NCBI RefSeq assembly: GCF_001194135.2
Contig: NC_068995.1
Coordinates: 10,845,652 to 10,909,651 of the forward strand
Direction of reading: 5' to 3'
DNA: 64,000 nucleotides
Origin: Octopus bimaculoides
Taxonomy: Eukaryota
A model generated the notes under the pieces. The model was given only the letters and a program-made list of their open reading frames with translations, did no database searches and had not been told where the DNA came from. The translations under genes were made by a program, and so were the position numbers. Of the stretch, positions 38,956-53,170 are shown piece by piece (within the stretch, counting starts at the first letter, position 1; each line of letters opens with the position of its first letter).

Positions 38956-39702
38956 NNNNNNNNNNNNNNNNNNNNNNNNNNNNNNNNNNNNNNNNNNNNN
39001 NNNNNNNNNNNNNNNNNNNNNNNNNNNNNNNNNNNNNNNNNNNNNNNNNNNNNNNNNNNNNNNNNNNNNNNNNNNNNNNNNNNNNNNNNNNNNNNNNNNN
39101 NNNNNNNNNNNNNNNNNNNNNNNNNNNNNNNNNNNNNNNNNNNNNNNNNNNNNNNNNNNNNNNNNNNNNNNNNNNNNNNNNNNNNNNNNNNNNNNNNNNN
39201 NNNNNNNNNNNNNNNNNNNNNNNNNNNNNNNNNNNNNNNNNNNNNNNNNNNNNNNNNNNNNNNNNNNNNNNNNNNNNNNNNNNNNNNNNNNNNNNNNNNN
39301 NNNNNNNNNNNNNNNNNNNNNNNNNNNNNNNNNNNNNNNNNNNNNNNNNNNNNNNNNNNNNNNNNNNNNNNNNNNNNNNNNNNNNNNNNNNNNNNNNNNN
39401 NNNNNNNNNNNNNNNNNNNNNNNNNNNNNNNNNNNNNNNNNNNNNNNNNNNNNNNNNNNNNNNNNNNNNNNNNNNNNNNNNNNNNNNNNNNNNNNNNNNN
39501 NNNNNNNNNNNNNNNNNNNNNNNNNNNNNNNNNNNNNNNNNNNNNNNNNNNNNNNNNNNNNNNNNNNNNNNNNNNNNNNNNNNNNNNNNNNNNNNNGAAA
39601 GAATGAAAGGCAAAGTTGACCTCAGCAGAATTTGAACTCAGAACTCAGAGCTAAGCATTTTTCCCTGGCGTGCTAATGATTCTGCCAGCTCATCACCTTT
39701 GT

Positions 39703-39740
<38 letters not shown>

Positions 39741-40078
39741 TAATAATAACAATAATAATGATGATGATGATGATGCTGCTGATGATGATGATAATCCACA
39801 TGCTCCATGCTCCTCGAAAGATCCACTTGATGGATCAACTTTATATTACTGAAGAGTTAATATTCTTCTTTATTGTCTCTATTTACCTATACACATGCAT
39901 ACATGCGTATGCATATATATATATATATATATATATACATACATATATATATATATATATATATGTATATACATACATATATATGCGTGTGTGTATATAT
40001 ATATATCTATATATATAACCGTATATACATATATTATGTATGTGTATATATATATATGTATGCATGCATGTATGTATG

Positions 40079-40136
<58 letters not shown>

Positions 40137-40149
40137 NNNNNNNNNNNNN

Positions 40150-40191
<42 letters not shown>

Positions 40192-40243
40192 ATATATATA
40201 CATATATTATGTATGTGTATGTATATATGTATGCATGCATGTA

Positions 40244-40293
<50 letters not shown>

Positions 40294-40639
40294 CCAGATG
40301 CATATCACAAATACAACAACAATAACAACAACAACAACAAGACGTAACTCTAACAACAATAACAATGTGGTCCCTATTTTGTTTTTCATTAGGATGTTGG
40401 GAATAATACTGTAAACAGCTCGTCAAGAGATTGAGAGACATATTGGAAGGGAGCCAGGAAGAATGAAGAATGGAGTTACAGAAAAACTGTCATGGTTTTT
40501 ATTCTGTAAGAAGAATCTCCATTTTCATTTCTTTGTCCTCAAGAATCGAGGAGATTTCTCTCCTAAATCTCAAGACAGGAATGGATATGTTGACAATGAT
40601 CACTGCATAACTTTGTAGCAATGATGACGACGACGACGA

Positions 40640-41450
40640 CGACAACGGTGAGAGCGGTGATGATGGAGGAAAGGACGGGGATAAAAAGATAGAGGGAGAA
40701 GAGAAGAAGGGAATGAAGTGTGAGAAGCATAAGAAGAAGAATCAGGAGGAGGAGGAGGAGGAGGAGGAGGAAAACTGAGGAAAAGTAGGAGAAAGAAATG
40801 AAAAATGGGAAGCATGAGGAGGAGGGGGAGGAGAAGGGAATGAAGAACGAGCAGTATATGAAATTTAGAAGAAGAAAATTCAGGAGAAAAAGGAAGAAGA
40901 GAAAATGGAGGAGGAAAAGAAGAAAGAGAAGAGAAGAAAAATGAGATGAAGGAGGGGAGGAGGGGAAGAGGAAGAGGAGAAGGAGAAGAAAAAGGAGAGA
41001 AATGAGATAAAAAAGAAGAAACAAGAAAAATGAGATGAAGAAGTGGGGGGGGGGAAGAAGTGGAGGAGAAGAAGAAGAAGGAGAAAAATGAAATAAAGAA
41101 GAAGAAACAGAAGAATAATGAGATGAAGGAGGGGGGAAGGTGGGAGAGGAAGAAGAGGAGGAGGAGAAGGAAGACAAAGAGGTGGAGAAAAAGAAGAAGA
41201 AAAAAGGAGAAAAATGAGATGAAAAAGAAGAAACAGGAGAGAAGAAAAATAAGATGAAGGAGGGGAGGAGAAAAATGAGATGGAAAAGTAGGAGAGGTGA
41301 CCGAGGATGAGAAGAAAAAAGCAGAAAAATATTAAGAGAAGCAAAGGAATTGTATTAAATAATCAAAAAAAAGAAGAAATGAAAGTAAAGTAAACAAGAA
41401 GAAGAATAGGAAGAAGAATGAAAGAAGAAGAAGCACAAGAACTACAAGAT
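40640..41450. repeat. long purine-rich (GA/GAA/GGA) low-complexity minisatellite
   Basis: Recurrent AAAATGAGATGAA motif; plus strand almost entirely A/G. Confidence 0.8.
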
Positions 41451-41789
41451 GCAAAGAAAAACGAAAAACATGAAATGCTGATGTTTAGGGTGTAACTTGG
41501 CGCAGTTTCAGAGAACTCTCAAGAAAAATAACAAAATGGTAAAGTGAAACCTTAGAATTACATTATTAAAGTATAATAGAAGAGAAATTTAAAACTCTCA
41601 TAACTAGAATTAGAGTTTTTGGCAAATAAACACATAAATTTTATTGAATTTAAGCCTCTCCTGTCCCGTGAGTCAACACTTTGGGAAAACATGCGACACT
41701 GTGTGAAATATGGAGTATGTACAGAGTTTTAGAGCAATTTTGGGGGTTCTTGTCAGAGAAATATTGTTATTTATTAATGTGGTATGCTA

Positions 41790-42101
41790 ACTGGAACTCT
41801 GTCGGCTATGACGACGAGGGTTCCAGTTGAGCTGATCAATGGAATAGCCAGCTCGTGAAATTAAAATCCAGGTGGTTGAGTACTCCACAGACATGTGTAT
41901 CCTTAATGTAGTTCGCAGGGAGAATCAGTGTGACAAGGCTGGCCCTTTGAAATACAGGTACTACTCATTTTTGCCAGCTGAGTGGACTGGAGCTATGTGA
42001 AATAAAGAGTTTTGCACAAAGACATACATTGCCAAAGATTGAACTCATGACCTTACAATCGTGAGCCGAATACCCTAACCACTAAGCCATGTGCCTTCAC
42101 A
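41790..42101 (-). mobile_element. tRNA-derived SINE family E, full length
   Basis: Minus strand GAAGGCACATGGCTTAGTGGTTAGGG (A-box)...GAGTTCAAT (B-box)...CTCCAGTCCACTCAGCTGGCAAAAATGAGTA...ACTGGAACCCTCGTCGTC. Confidence 0.8.
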
Positions 42102-42566
42102 CATGGTATGATAAATGAATGAGGTAATGAGGGAGATTTAAAGTGCATCGTTTGATCTATTAGAAATAGCAGCTAAATATCTTTTATCTGTTACTTGTTT
42201 TCGATCATTGGACTACAGTCATTCTGGGAGACAACTTTGAAGGGTTTCAGCTGAACAAATTGAAACCAGGACTTTTTAAAAAGTCTGATATGTCTTCTAT
42301 CGAGTTGTTTTGCTGAACAACCAAGTTTTGAGATGTAAACAAACCAACACCAGCTTTTGAGTGCTTGGTTGGTGAGGACAAACACAAAGACACACACTGA
42401 GAACATATTTCTTCGTGGTTAGATGATTCGGCATCTATTTCTAGCATATAGGAGTCCACTTTTGCTGGTCATTCCTCTTATTTTTGTATATATATCAGAC
42501 TGTTTTAAATAATATATGTAACTCCTATATGCGTTGAGGCCTCTTTTGTTTTGTTTGACCACTTGC

Positions 42567-42629
<63 letters not shown>

Positions 42630-42630
<1 letters not shown>

Positions 42631-42795
42631 GAGAATATACAAAAAATAACAACAGACGAGGACAGGTGGTGTAAATAACAAAAGTATATATTAGTATGAC
42701 GCTCGGGAATACGGAAAGTCTTTGACGTTTCGAGCTACGCTCTTCAACAGAAAGAATACGGAGACAAGGAGAAAAACACGGAGAAAAAAAAAAAT
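42630..42795 (-). mobile_element. HHR-bearing short element between (TA)n tracts
   Basis: HHR 42719-42755: UCUUU-CUGUUGA-A-GAGC-GUA-GCUC-GAAA-C-GUC/AAAGA; perfect stems I and II, A6U core. Confidence 0.75.
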
Positions 42796-44440
42796 ATATA
42801 TATATATATATATGCATATGTATGTTTGTATATATATATATATATATATATATGCATATGTATGTTTGTATACATACATATATATATGTGTGTTTGTGTG
42901 TAAAACTGTGTATCCTGAATTTTAGAAAAGGAATAACATATTGCTTCATGCTATAAAAAGAAGTTTGTGTCAGGAATATTTTACAACTACACAGTAGTCT
43001 TGAGGTGCCCCATCCAGCCCATGGAGGGGCGAACGTAAAATGACAATGCTCCTACTGCTGATTTTGACGATAATGATGTTGATGATGGTGATGATGATGA
43101 TGACGAAAACGATGTGTGTGTGTGTGTGTGTGTGTGTGTTATGGGGAAAAGCTTTTCTCTTTTAAATGTTTTGCATTTAAAAACATGACTGCGTTCTAGT
43201 TTCATCATTTCCATTATGTTTCTGGGGGGTTTTTTCTCTTTCATATTCCCCAATGAATTCTTTAAAGATTGTTTGGAACAGTTTGTTAAAAAACATAAAA
43301 TCAAAATAAAAAATATATAAATAAAATAATAATAATAATAATAATAATAAAAAATAATAAATAACAAAACTTTCAAAAAAATATCTCTGAGACAGTCATA
43401 GGGAAATATGAAGAAAAATAAGCAAAAATGCTAGAAATAGGACACATTTGTGTTTTCTATATAACACACACAGATAAACAGACACCACACACACACACAA
43501 ACACACATATCACGTGCAAAATACACATACATATGCATGTTTATTATCATATTTTAAAAGTCTCTGTACAGAATATGTTAAGACAATCTTGGCTGTTGAT
43601 TTTCATATGTAATGATGTCCCTGAGTAATTTCTCTCATGCAATGTGTTCCCTAAAATACATGCCTATTCTACGGACTATTATTCTTGTGCAATATTGTCC
43701 ATAAACTTAGTGGTTATCTCACCACTTCTTCATAAGTACAGTGGAATCTGTGTCTCACCGAGGAGATCTAATAAGACTGAAACATGACCAGAGTTGTCAC
43801 CCATACTTTCTAGAATAATTAAAAAAGAATATTAGTCATAAACTGTAGGTGTGGCTATGTGGTAAGCAAGTTTGCTTCAAAACCACATAGTTCTGTGTTC
43901 AATCCCACTGTGTGACACCTTGGGCAAATGTCTTCTACTATAGCCTCAGCCCTGTCAAAGCCTTGTGAATTGATTTGGTAGAGAGGAACTAAAAGAAGCC
44001 TGTCATATATACATATATCTATGTGTGTGTAACTTTGTGTCTGTGTGTCCCCTACCATTATTTGACAACTGGTGTTGGTATGTCTGTGTTCCCATAATGC
44101 AGTGGTTCAGCTAAGCCTATTGTATGTGTGTGTGTGTGTGTGTGTGTGTGCATGCATGTTTCTGTGTGTATGTCACTGTCACCTTGCTCCTAACATCACA
44201 TCACAGTTGTAAGCAAGTGCCACTGACATACAAGTGGTGTTTTTCAGTTCCAACCTTCCAAGACACGTCTGATCACGGCGAAACATTACCTTATTCAGAA
44301 TCAGGTGAGGGTTACTGACAGGAAGGGCATCCAACCATAGACAGTCCACTTCAACAAATTCTGTCTGATCCATGCAAACATGGAAAAGTGGACATTACGA
44401 TGACAATGATGAAGACGATGATGATGATGATAACGAAGGT

Positions 44441-44653
44441 GGCGACCTGGCAGAATCGTTAGCACACTGGACAAAATGCTTGCAGTATTCCATCTGTCGC
44501 CACGTTCTGAGTTCAAATTCCGCCGAGGTCAACTTTGCCTTTCATTCTTTAAGGGTCGATAAATTAAGTACCAGTTACATACTGAGGGCCAATGTAATCG
44601 ACTAGTCCCTTCCCCCAAATTTCAAGCCTTGTGCCTATAGTAGAAAGGATAAT
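44441..44653 (+). mobile_element. SINE family A (alternative tail), inserted after the (GAT)n tail of a family C element
   Basis: GGCGACCTGGCAGAATCGTTAGC...GTTCTGAGTTCAAATTCCGCCGAGG...CCTTGTGCCTATAGTAGAAAGG. Confidence 0.88.
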
Positions 44654-45063
44654 GATAAACTAATACAGTTTTCTTTTTCCCTGATCAAGCAATTATTCCT
44701 GACTGGCAATTTAACATCCAAGGCATTAAATATGTTAACACAATGCTGTGATTTGATATTCAAACTAACAGTAAAGCATTATTCAAAAACTAGAAATTTA
44801 TACATAAACAATAAAACAGTAAAATGTAAAATTTTGTATAAACATTTTCAAAACACCCTGAGGCTATTAATGACCAGTATTGAGGCTGTAATTTCAACCA
44901 GTCAAATGGCTGAAGGATGCATTTCACTTTTTATAAGATGCTTGTTAATAATCACAGGTGACATTTCTAGATGGTTTTGTTTATATTGCAGATTGTTAAG
45001 CGAAATAACATGCATAGACTGAAATGATAATATTGTGGAATGTGCTTGCGTGTATGTGTGTAT

Positions 45064-45108
<45 letters not shown>

Positions 45109-45285
45109 GGAGTGTGTGTGTCTAGTGAAATGAGAAGCGAATATGCACTCTACGTGCAGTGCAGATAGTTGCTTAAGCATGAAACTTAAGTAGCGTGTTT
45201 ATTTATCTAAAGTGCTGTATAAAAATCATATATTATTGCAAGTGTACATAAATAAATATGTTTGCGTACACACACATTTGCATGC

Positions 45286-45321
<36 letters not shown>

Positions 45322-45451
45322 ATGTGTGTTTGTATCTATATATACATATATACATATTTAGGAATATAAATATATATATATATATATATAAATTTTTATA
45401 TAAATATATATATATATACATACACATTTATGTTTATATACACATGTGCAC

Positions 45452-45485
<34 letters not shown>

Positions 45486-46029
45486 CTACACATTCTCATT
45501 TTTATATATATTTATATATATAGATATATATACATACATATATAAATGCATGTTTATTTTCATACAAACACATTAATATGTATGCATGTACTCACTTTCT
45601 GTCTGTCTCTCTCTCTCTCTATAAGCACACACACACAAACACATTTTTACTTTTACAAATAAGGAAAATGACAGCTCACTTCACAGAATCTTTCAGAGGA
45701 GAACAAATTAAATGGCTAGATTTGGACTCTGCTGATATTCATCCCGTTTTGTCCTTGCCAGAAAGATCTGATCATGTGAACAATGACAAACAGCATTGCA
45801 CATTAATTCTTTAGCATTTCTGAACAAAATGACGTCGATAAAAAATGAAACGCAGTTTAACTTCTCCCTAAAATATTTCAAAATGCATAAACATTTATAA
45901 CTTAAAAATAAAATGTCACAGACATTAGTCATAGAAGTACAATTCTCAGTCTATATTATGCATATTGTTTACGTTAGTTGGACTTGTGGCCAATAAAGAT
46001 GTGGATACCAATGTAACTAATATAAACAG

Positions 46030-46720
46030 TAGGCACAGGAGTGGCTGTGTGGTAAATAACTTACTTACCAACCACATTGCGCACTGCATGGCACCTTGGG
46101 CAAGTGTCTTCTACTATAGCCTTCGGCTGACCAAAGCCTTGTGAGTAGAATTGGTAGGCGGAAACTGAAAGAAACCTGCCATACCATATATACATACATA
46201 CAAATATATATATATATATATATATATATCATCATCAGCATCATCGTCGTTGTGTAATATCCGCTTTCCATGCTGGCATGGGTTGGATGGTTTGACTGAG
46301 GGCTGGTGAGTCAGGAGGCTGCACCAGGCTTCAATCTGATCTGGCAGAGCTTCTACAGCTGGATGCCCTTCCTAGCGCCAACCACTCCGAGAGTGTAGTG
46401 GGTGCTTTTTATGTGCCACCGGCACAGGAGCCAGTCAGGCGGCACTAGCAAAAACCATGCTTGAAATGGTGTTTTTTACATGCCACCGGCACAGGAGCCA
46501 ATCAGGCGGCACTGGCAACGATCATGCTCGAATGGTGCTTTTAATGTGCATCCCCCCACCATCACTTGACAACTGATGTTGGTGTGTTTGGCAAAAGAGA
46601 CCGATACAATAAATACTAGGCGTACATAGAATAAGTCATGGGAACGGTTTGTTCAACTAAAGGCAGTGCTCCAGCATGGTCGCAGTCAAATGACTGAAAC
46701 AAATAAAAGAATAAAGGTGT
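46030..46720 (+). mobile_element. SINE family B with nested antisense family C element
   Basis: B head 46030-46195, (TA)n, C element on minus strand ~46228-46550, B tail ~46552-46718. Confidence 0.8.
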
Positions 46721-46844
46721 ATACAATCATAGAAGCATGTGGAGTTCAACACATCCTGAAAGTCTGTTCCTACATAAATAGGCCTAAATAAACTCAATAT
46801 AATTTTGGTTTCCATTAATATTAATAATGTTCTTTCTAATGTTG

Positions 46845-47475
46845 GCAAAAGGCCTGGAATTTTGACGGAAAGGGCAGGTTACTCGATGAAAGGCAAAGTT
46901 AACTTTGGTGGAATTTGAACTGCGAATGTAAATCTAGAGGAAATACAACTGGGTATTTTGTACAGCATGCTAATGATTGTACCAGCTCACCGCTTTGGTA
47001 TAAAGATTAATATTTGTAATATTGGTTTCAAATTTTGGCACAAGGCCAGTAATTTTGAGGGAAGGGAATAATTGGATTATATTAAACCCAATGATCAACT
47101 GGTATTTATTTTATAGACTCCAAAAAGATGAAGGTTGAAATTTGACTTTGGTGGAATTTGAACTCAGAAAGTAAAGTTAGATGAAGTGCAGGTAAGCATT
47201 TTGCTTGACATGCTAACAATTCTGCCAGCTTGCTACTTTATTAACATTAGTAATTTTGCTTTCGAATTTAGGCACAAGGCCAGCAATTTTAGGAGAACGG
47301 GCAAGTTGATTACATTGACGTTGATCCCAGTACTCAGCTGGTAGCCTTTTCATCAACTCCGAAAGGATGAAAGACGAAGTCGACCTTGGCTGAGTTTGAA
47401 CTCTGAGCGTAAAGGCAAATGAAATGCTGCCAAGCATTTTGCCTGGTGTGCTAATGATTCTGCCAGCTCACTGCC
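46845..47475 (-). repeat. three tandem SINE-A copies, antisense
   Basis: Repeated CAAGGCC...ACTCCGAAAGGATGAAAG...GGAATTTGAACTC...GATTCTGCCAGCTC. Confidence 0.7.
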
Positions 47476-47541
47476 TCGTTTAATATTAGTAATATTAAAA
47501 TCACCTGATGGTTGGGAATGTTATAGAATAAGAGGCAAAAA

Positions 47542-47770
47542 GGCAGCAAGCAGGCAGAAACGTTACCTCGCCGGGCGAAATGCTTAGCAGTATTTTGTCT
47601 GCCGCTACGTTCTGAGTTCAAATTCCGCCGAGGTCGACTTTGCGTTTCATCCTTTCGGGGTCAATAAAATTAAGAACCAGTTACACACTGGGGTCGATAT
47701 AATCGACTTAATCTGTTTGTCTGTCCTTGTTTGTCCCTTCTCTGTGTAGCCCCTTGTGGGTAGTAAAGAA
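47542..47770 (+). mobile_element. SINE family A, full length
   Basis: Near-identical to 18687-18912. Confidence 0.88.
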
Positions 47771-48961
47771 CTAAAAGGCAAGCTATCAGCTAATCGAGAC
47801 TGCAGAGCATTCTTCCACCCCCCCCCCCCNNNNNNNNNNNNNNNNNNNNNNNNNNNNNNNNNNNNNNNNNNNNNNNNNNNNNNNNNNNNNNNNNNNNNNN
47901 NNNNNNNNNNNNNNNTCGAAAAATCTACAAATGTCTGAATATGTTTCATTGTTGGAAGGAGAATATTGGGTGAGAACGAAAAAAATATAAACACACTGAT
48001 AAAAATCAACAAGAATTAAATACATAACAATTATAAATGCTTTCTACACAGTTTAATTATTTCTGAGAGGAGAACAAAACGAATAATAATAATAATAATA
48101 GTAATAATAATAATAATAATAATAAAAAAACAAAAAAACCAAAACAATAAAAAATAAAAACAACAAAAACAAAGAATGTATTTATAGTGTAGAATGACAA
48201 TAATACAAGACTATAGATCAAGTAGGAGCAATAATACTATCAGTTAACTTTTTTTTGGCAGGGTATCATTACAAACAATGGACATAGAGAGCAAAGCAAA
48301 ATTATTAGCTATTAATACATCAGGCTGTAGGCAATAAATCCTTGATTATTGCGGAGGTTGGATGAAATGGGCTTAGGTATATCCTTGGAAAAGAACAATT
48401 GTAAAGCGTCCGTTAACAATGCTATGAATGATTATTTCAAAGTGGACAAGAACCGTGTATCTGTCTTTCAGGAGGGATTCCTAATGATTTCACCACTACC
48501 ACAAGTCATCTAAACATACTACTAAATCAAGTGGAAGGACTCACTTCATGTAAACAACCGTGTAGAAATGAGCTTAGGTGGGTGGGGGTTATGGGTTTTC
48601 AGGAGGGAGGCGAAATTTAGGAGACATGAATGGAAAAAAATTAAAAGGCAATTTCATTCCTAGACATCCTTTAATCTATGAGATTATCATCTTTATTTTT
48701 TGTGTGTGTGTGTGTTTTTTATGTTGCACTGTGACCATGCTGGGGCACTGCATAAAGCTTTTAGTCAAACAAGCTGATCCTAGTACATACGTGTTTTTCT
48801 TTTTTTAAGGTCTTGTGCTTATTCTAGCAGTTTCTTTTGCCAAACCACTAAGTTATTAGGACATAAATAAACCAATGCTGGTTGTCAAAAAGGAGACAAG
48901 CACAAACACAAACACAACCATGCACACACACATGCATGCATGCACACACACATGCTTGCAT

Positions 48962-49023
<62 letters not shown>

Positions 49024-50031
49024 GACTTCCATGCAGGACACTAGGGCACTGACTGACTTGCAGAGATAGTAAAAGGCACTGGTCCGAGGTGTTGTGAAGT
49101 GGGACTGAACTGTAAACCACATGACTGCAAAGGGAGCCTCTTAACCACACAGCCATGTCTGCATGATTAAATAACTAAATAAAAGGACCTCAGTCAGTGT
49201 CCATGATGAGCATTCAGTTGTTTGATTAACTGAAGCAATCTACTCACTGAGTCAATGCAGAAGTGGCTGAATATACCACAGACACTTGTAGCCTAAAATA
49301 TAATTCCTAGGTAGACTCAGTTGGGCTTCTGCATTAGGTGGACAACCCTTGTAATAGGTTTTAGTCCTAGACATGTTGTGGCTGAATAAAAAATGGGTTA
49401 AAAATGGAAATAATTTGATCATTGGTCAATTGAATTAAATAACAACTGACCTTGGGTTAAACAATAACTCAAAAACAGCCCACCATGGGACCTAATAACC
49501 TTCTTCAGATATTCTTTTCTACTCTAGGCACAAGCCCTGAAATTTTTGTTGAGGGGGGCCAGTCATTTAGATCGACCCCAGTATGCAACTGGTACTTAAT
49601 CTATCGACCCTGAAAGGAAGAAAAGCAAAGTCAACCTCGGCGGAATTTGAACTCAGAATGTAAAGACAGACGAAATACCGCTAAGCATTTTGTCTTTTTT
49701 TTTTTTTTCAATCCATGTGATTTCTACTTTTATTCTTTTAGTTGTTTCAGTCATTGAACAGTGGCCATGCTGGGGCACTCACCACCTTTAAAAAGTTTTC
49801 GTTGAATAAATTGCTTCCANNNNNNNNNNNNNNNNNNNNNNNNNNNNNNNNNNNNNNNNNNNNNNNNNNNNNNNNNNNNNNNNNNNNNNNNNNNNNNNNN
49901 NNNNNNNNNNNNNNNNNNNNNNNNNNNNNNNNNNNNNNNNNNNNNNNNNNNNNNNNNNNNNNNNNNNNNNNNNNNNNNNNNNNNNNNNNNNNNNNNNNNN
50001 NNNNNNNNNNNNNNNNNNNNNNNNNNNNNNN

Positions 50032-50365
50032 GTGTCTTCTATTATAGCCTCGGGCCGACCAAAGCCTTGTGAGTGGATTTGGTAGACGGAAACTGAAAGA
50101 AGCCCGTCGTATATATGCATATATATATATATGTGTATATGTGTGTATATGTTTGTGTGTCTGTGTTTGTCCCCACCCCAACATCGCTTGACAACTGATG
50201 CTGGTGTGTTTACGTCCTCGTAACTTAGCGGTTCGGCAAAAGTGACCGATAGAATAAGTACTAGGCTTACAAAGAATAAGTCCTGCGGTCGATTTGCTTG
50301 ACTAAAGGTGGTGCTCCAGCATGGCCGCAGTCAAATGACTACAACAAGTAAAAGAGTAAAAGAGT
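50032..50365 (+). mobile_element. SINE family B (head lost in gap)
   Basis: High identity to 54296-54708. Confidence 0.88.
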
Positions 50366-51180
50366 AGTACTTATTCTATTGGTTATGGGGATGTAAACAA
50401 ACCAACATCCATTGTGAAGCAGTGGTAGAGGACAAACATAGATACACACACATGCAGTCATACATGTGACGGTCTTCTTTCCGAATCCACTCATGGGGCT
50501 TTGGTTAGCCTCAGACTGAACTCAAGGTTACACAGTCGGGAAGCAAGATTCTTACCCCAAAGCAACCACCTTTTAATATTTAAACAGTGTTTCTGCTATC
50601 CACATCACCCCTTGAAACAGTTATAGCTAACCAAAACCAAAACCAATAATTATAATAATAATAATAATAATAATAAATATAAATAAATAATTTTAAAAAA
50701 TAAAATAAAATTCTCTCGACATACAGATCACCATTAGCTACAAATACCAGCGACTATTTTTGTCCGTTTTTTTTTTTGTTTTTTTTTGGTTGTTGTTTAT
50801 TGATTTCATTTATATTTTATTACCTCACAGCTACATTTCCTCAGAAGGAACAAAAAAAAGAAACACCGAAAAAAAATAAAATAAAAGCAAAAAAAAAAAA
50901 TATAACCACCGAAAAAAAAAAAGACAAAAAAACTTTATTTATGAGACACATTGGTACTTTAATTGATATGTTCTGCTATGTTATTTTCAAACATAAACAT
51001 AGTCATCAAAGATGACTGAAGAAATAAAAATGTAAAAATAAATAAATAAATAAAATAATATAAAAATAAAATAAAATAGAAACCGGTTGTATCATGATAG
51101 GGTCATGTCAGACATTTAAAACACATTATCTTTCCGTTGTTTTTTTAATTTCTTTTTATATTTTCATTGTTTTATTTTAT

Positions 51181-51498
51181 TTAACTCTTTTGATACCAAA
51201 CCGCTTGAGACCACCTCTGGTTTTTACGATACAAAATAAAATTAAATAAAATTAAAAAAAAAACAAATTAAAAAAAAAAACTCCTATAATTTTAAAGTCT
51301 TCATATTTAAATTAAAACCTTCCATCATAGTTTTTATGTAAGCACCTTTCTGTTGGGTTATGTTCCAAACGTTATCTTTATAATGAAAATGTTAGTTATT
51401 TTAACTAGACTCCAAACAAAATTCTCGATTATTTTGGAAATTAATTGAACCACAGAGACGGTGAATTTTATTAGATATATGGTAACTAAAGGGTTAAT
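51181..51498 (+). mobile_element. piggyBac-type MITE family 2
   Basis: TTAACTCTTTTGATACCAAACC ... ATGGTAACTAAAGGGTTAA. Confidence 0.6.
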
Positions 51499-52524
51499 AG
51501 TTTGATATTGATTTCTTACATTAGTGTTAGGCTACACACTGGTACTGAAGAGAATAAAGAGATGTTATAAATTGTTGTAGAACTTACTAACTTCACAAGG
51601 TACAAAAGGTAATTCCCACTAGGACTGGCATCACTGTAACTCTACCCAGGACGTTCATTAAAGTGACTGGTAAATGTGTAGAGATATGGGGCTGGGAGAA
51701 TTCTTCAATCATTTTAAGGACAGGGCACCTTCTGTTGTGCCAGTGCCTAAATAAAATGCATCTAGTGTACACTAAAAAATGGTGGCAAGTAAAAAGAAAA
51801 CACTAAGATAAAGAGGGCTCCTTAATCTTTTTGAGAATAAAGCAACCCCTTTGGTGCTGGTGCAAGAAGAAAATGCATCCAAGCAAACACTGAGGTAAAG
51901 ACGATTCTTTAGTATTGCCTAGGGTGTGGCAACACCTCTAGTGCTGGTGCCACAATAAAATGCACCTAGTACACTTTGTAAAGACCCTCACATCAAGAAT
52001 GGCATCCAACCATAGAAACCAAGCTAAAGGTATGAAATGTACAAGTGAAACATGGTTCTTTGAGCCATCTAGGAGAACAATAATTTTATATAAGAACTGA
52101 AGCAGACAGTGATGACCGGTTGAACCTATAGGCAGCATGGAAAGCAGGTGTAAGGAAATGTTGACAAGGCATGTCCAATTGAATTAACTTCGAAGTACAT
52201 GTATTGCAATATTTATTTTATTTATTCTAGATGGGTGCAGGTCTATCTGAGTGCTTTAGAAGTTTGTTTTCCAATTATACAGTTCCAAGTTTGAACCTGC
52301 TGTACGGCACCTGCGGCTGACCAATGCCTTATGAGTAGAACTGGTAGACAGAAACTATACATAAGTCTGTCATGTATCTATATTTATACAAACATATGTA
52401 TGTACGTATATGCATGTATATAAGTATGAATATATAGAAACCTATAAGCCTACTCACAGTACAAGCGTATGCATATGCTTTATGAGATATGTAGACCACA
52501 ATCACTTAATTATATAAAGAAGAG

Positions 52525-52622
52525 TCAGAGTTGGACTCGGAATCGGAGTCAGAGGTGCCAATAGTACAGGAGTTGGAGTCAGAGTCGGAGTTGAGATCTT
52601 TTGTTTCGACTCCACAGCCCTG
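52525..52622 (-). mobile_element. MITE end with (GGAGTC)n subterminal repeats (hAT-like)
   Basis: Minus strand starts CAGGGCTGTGGAGTCG, followed by GACTCC/GAGTCG hexamers. Confidence 0.5.
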
Positions 52623-52944
52623 GAAAGAAGTCTCCATCCAACTCATAGTAGCATGGAAAAGCAGATGTTAAAGCAAACTGGCAAACACAGGGAAACAATA
52701 TATTTTCCTCTCACTCTTGTAGATAAATTAGCTTAGGAGGACGACAGTATCAATGCAATCAACAACAAAAGCAGATAGGCTTATAGTTATGACAATTGAA
52801 TAATAGGATATCAGATAAAATGTTAGATGATTAGAGATTTTAGAGGCTTTCTTACTGAAGAAGAGAAAAAAAAAAGAAAGAAAAAATGAATGAGCTGTTT
52901 ATGGGCGTTGGATAAATATTGTGAACTGAAGAGACAGATCTAAT

Positions 52945-53170
52945 AAATACAATGAATTGAGAATGTGATTGGTTGTCATAAGTATTGATTGGTGTACATA
53001 AGATACGAGACTGCAATGGTACAGACTTGATGGGCATGTATTGTGTATGGATCATAGGATCAAGTTATGCTGACTGAAGATGAAGACAAAGCAAACTGCT
53101 ACATGCTGAAAGTACAATGAAGGAATGGGTAAAGAGAAGGAGAGAGTGTGATTAAATTCTTGTGACAAAA
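52945..53170 (+). mobile_element. highly decayed RTE LINE C-terminal fragment
   Basis: NELRM*LVVISID..*DTRLQWY..GHVLCMD (cf. LRERLG...RRLRWYGHVMRMD). Confidence 0.45.

Noticed and set aside
40563-41344. F/S/L-rich and K/E/R-rich ORFs
   Set aside because: By-products of the polypurine low-complexity tract
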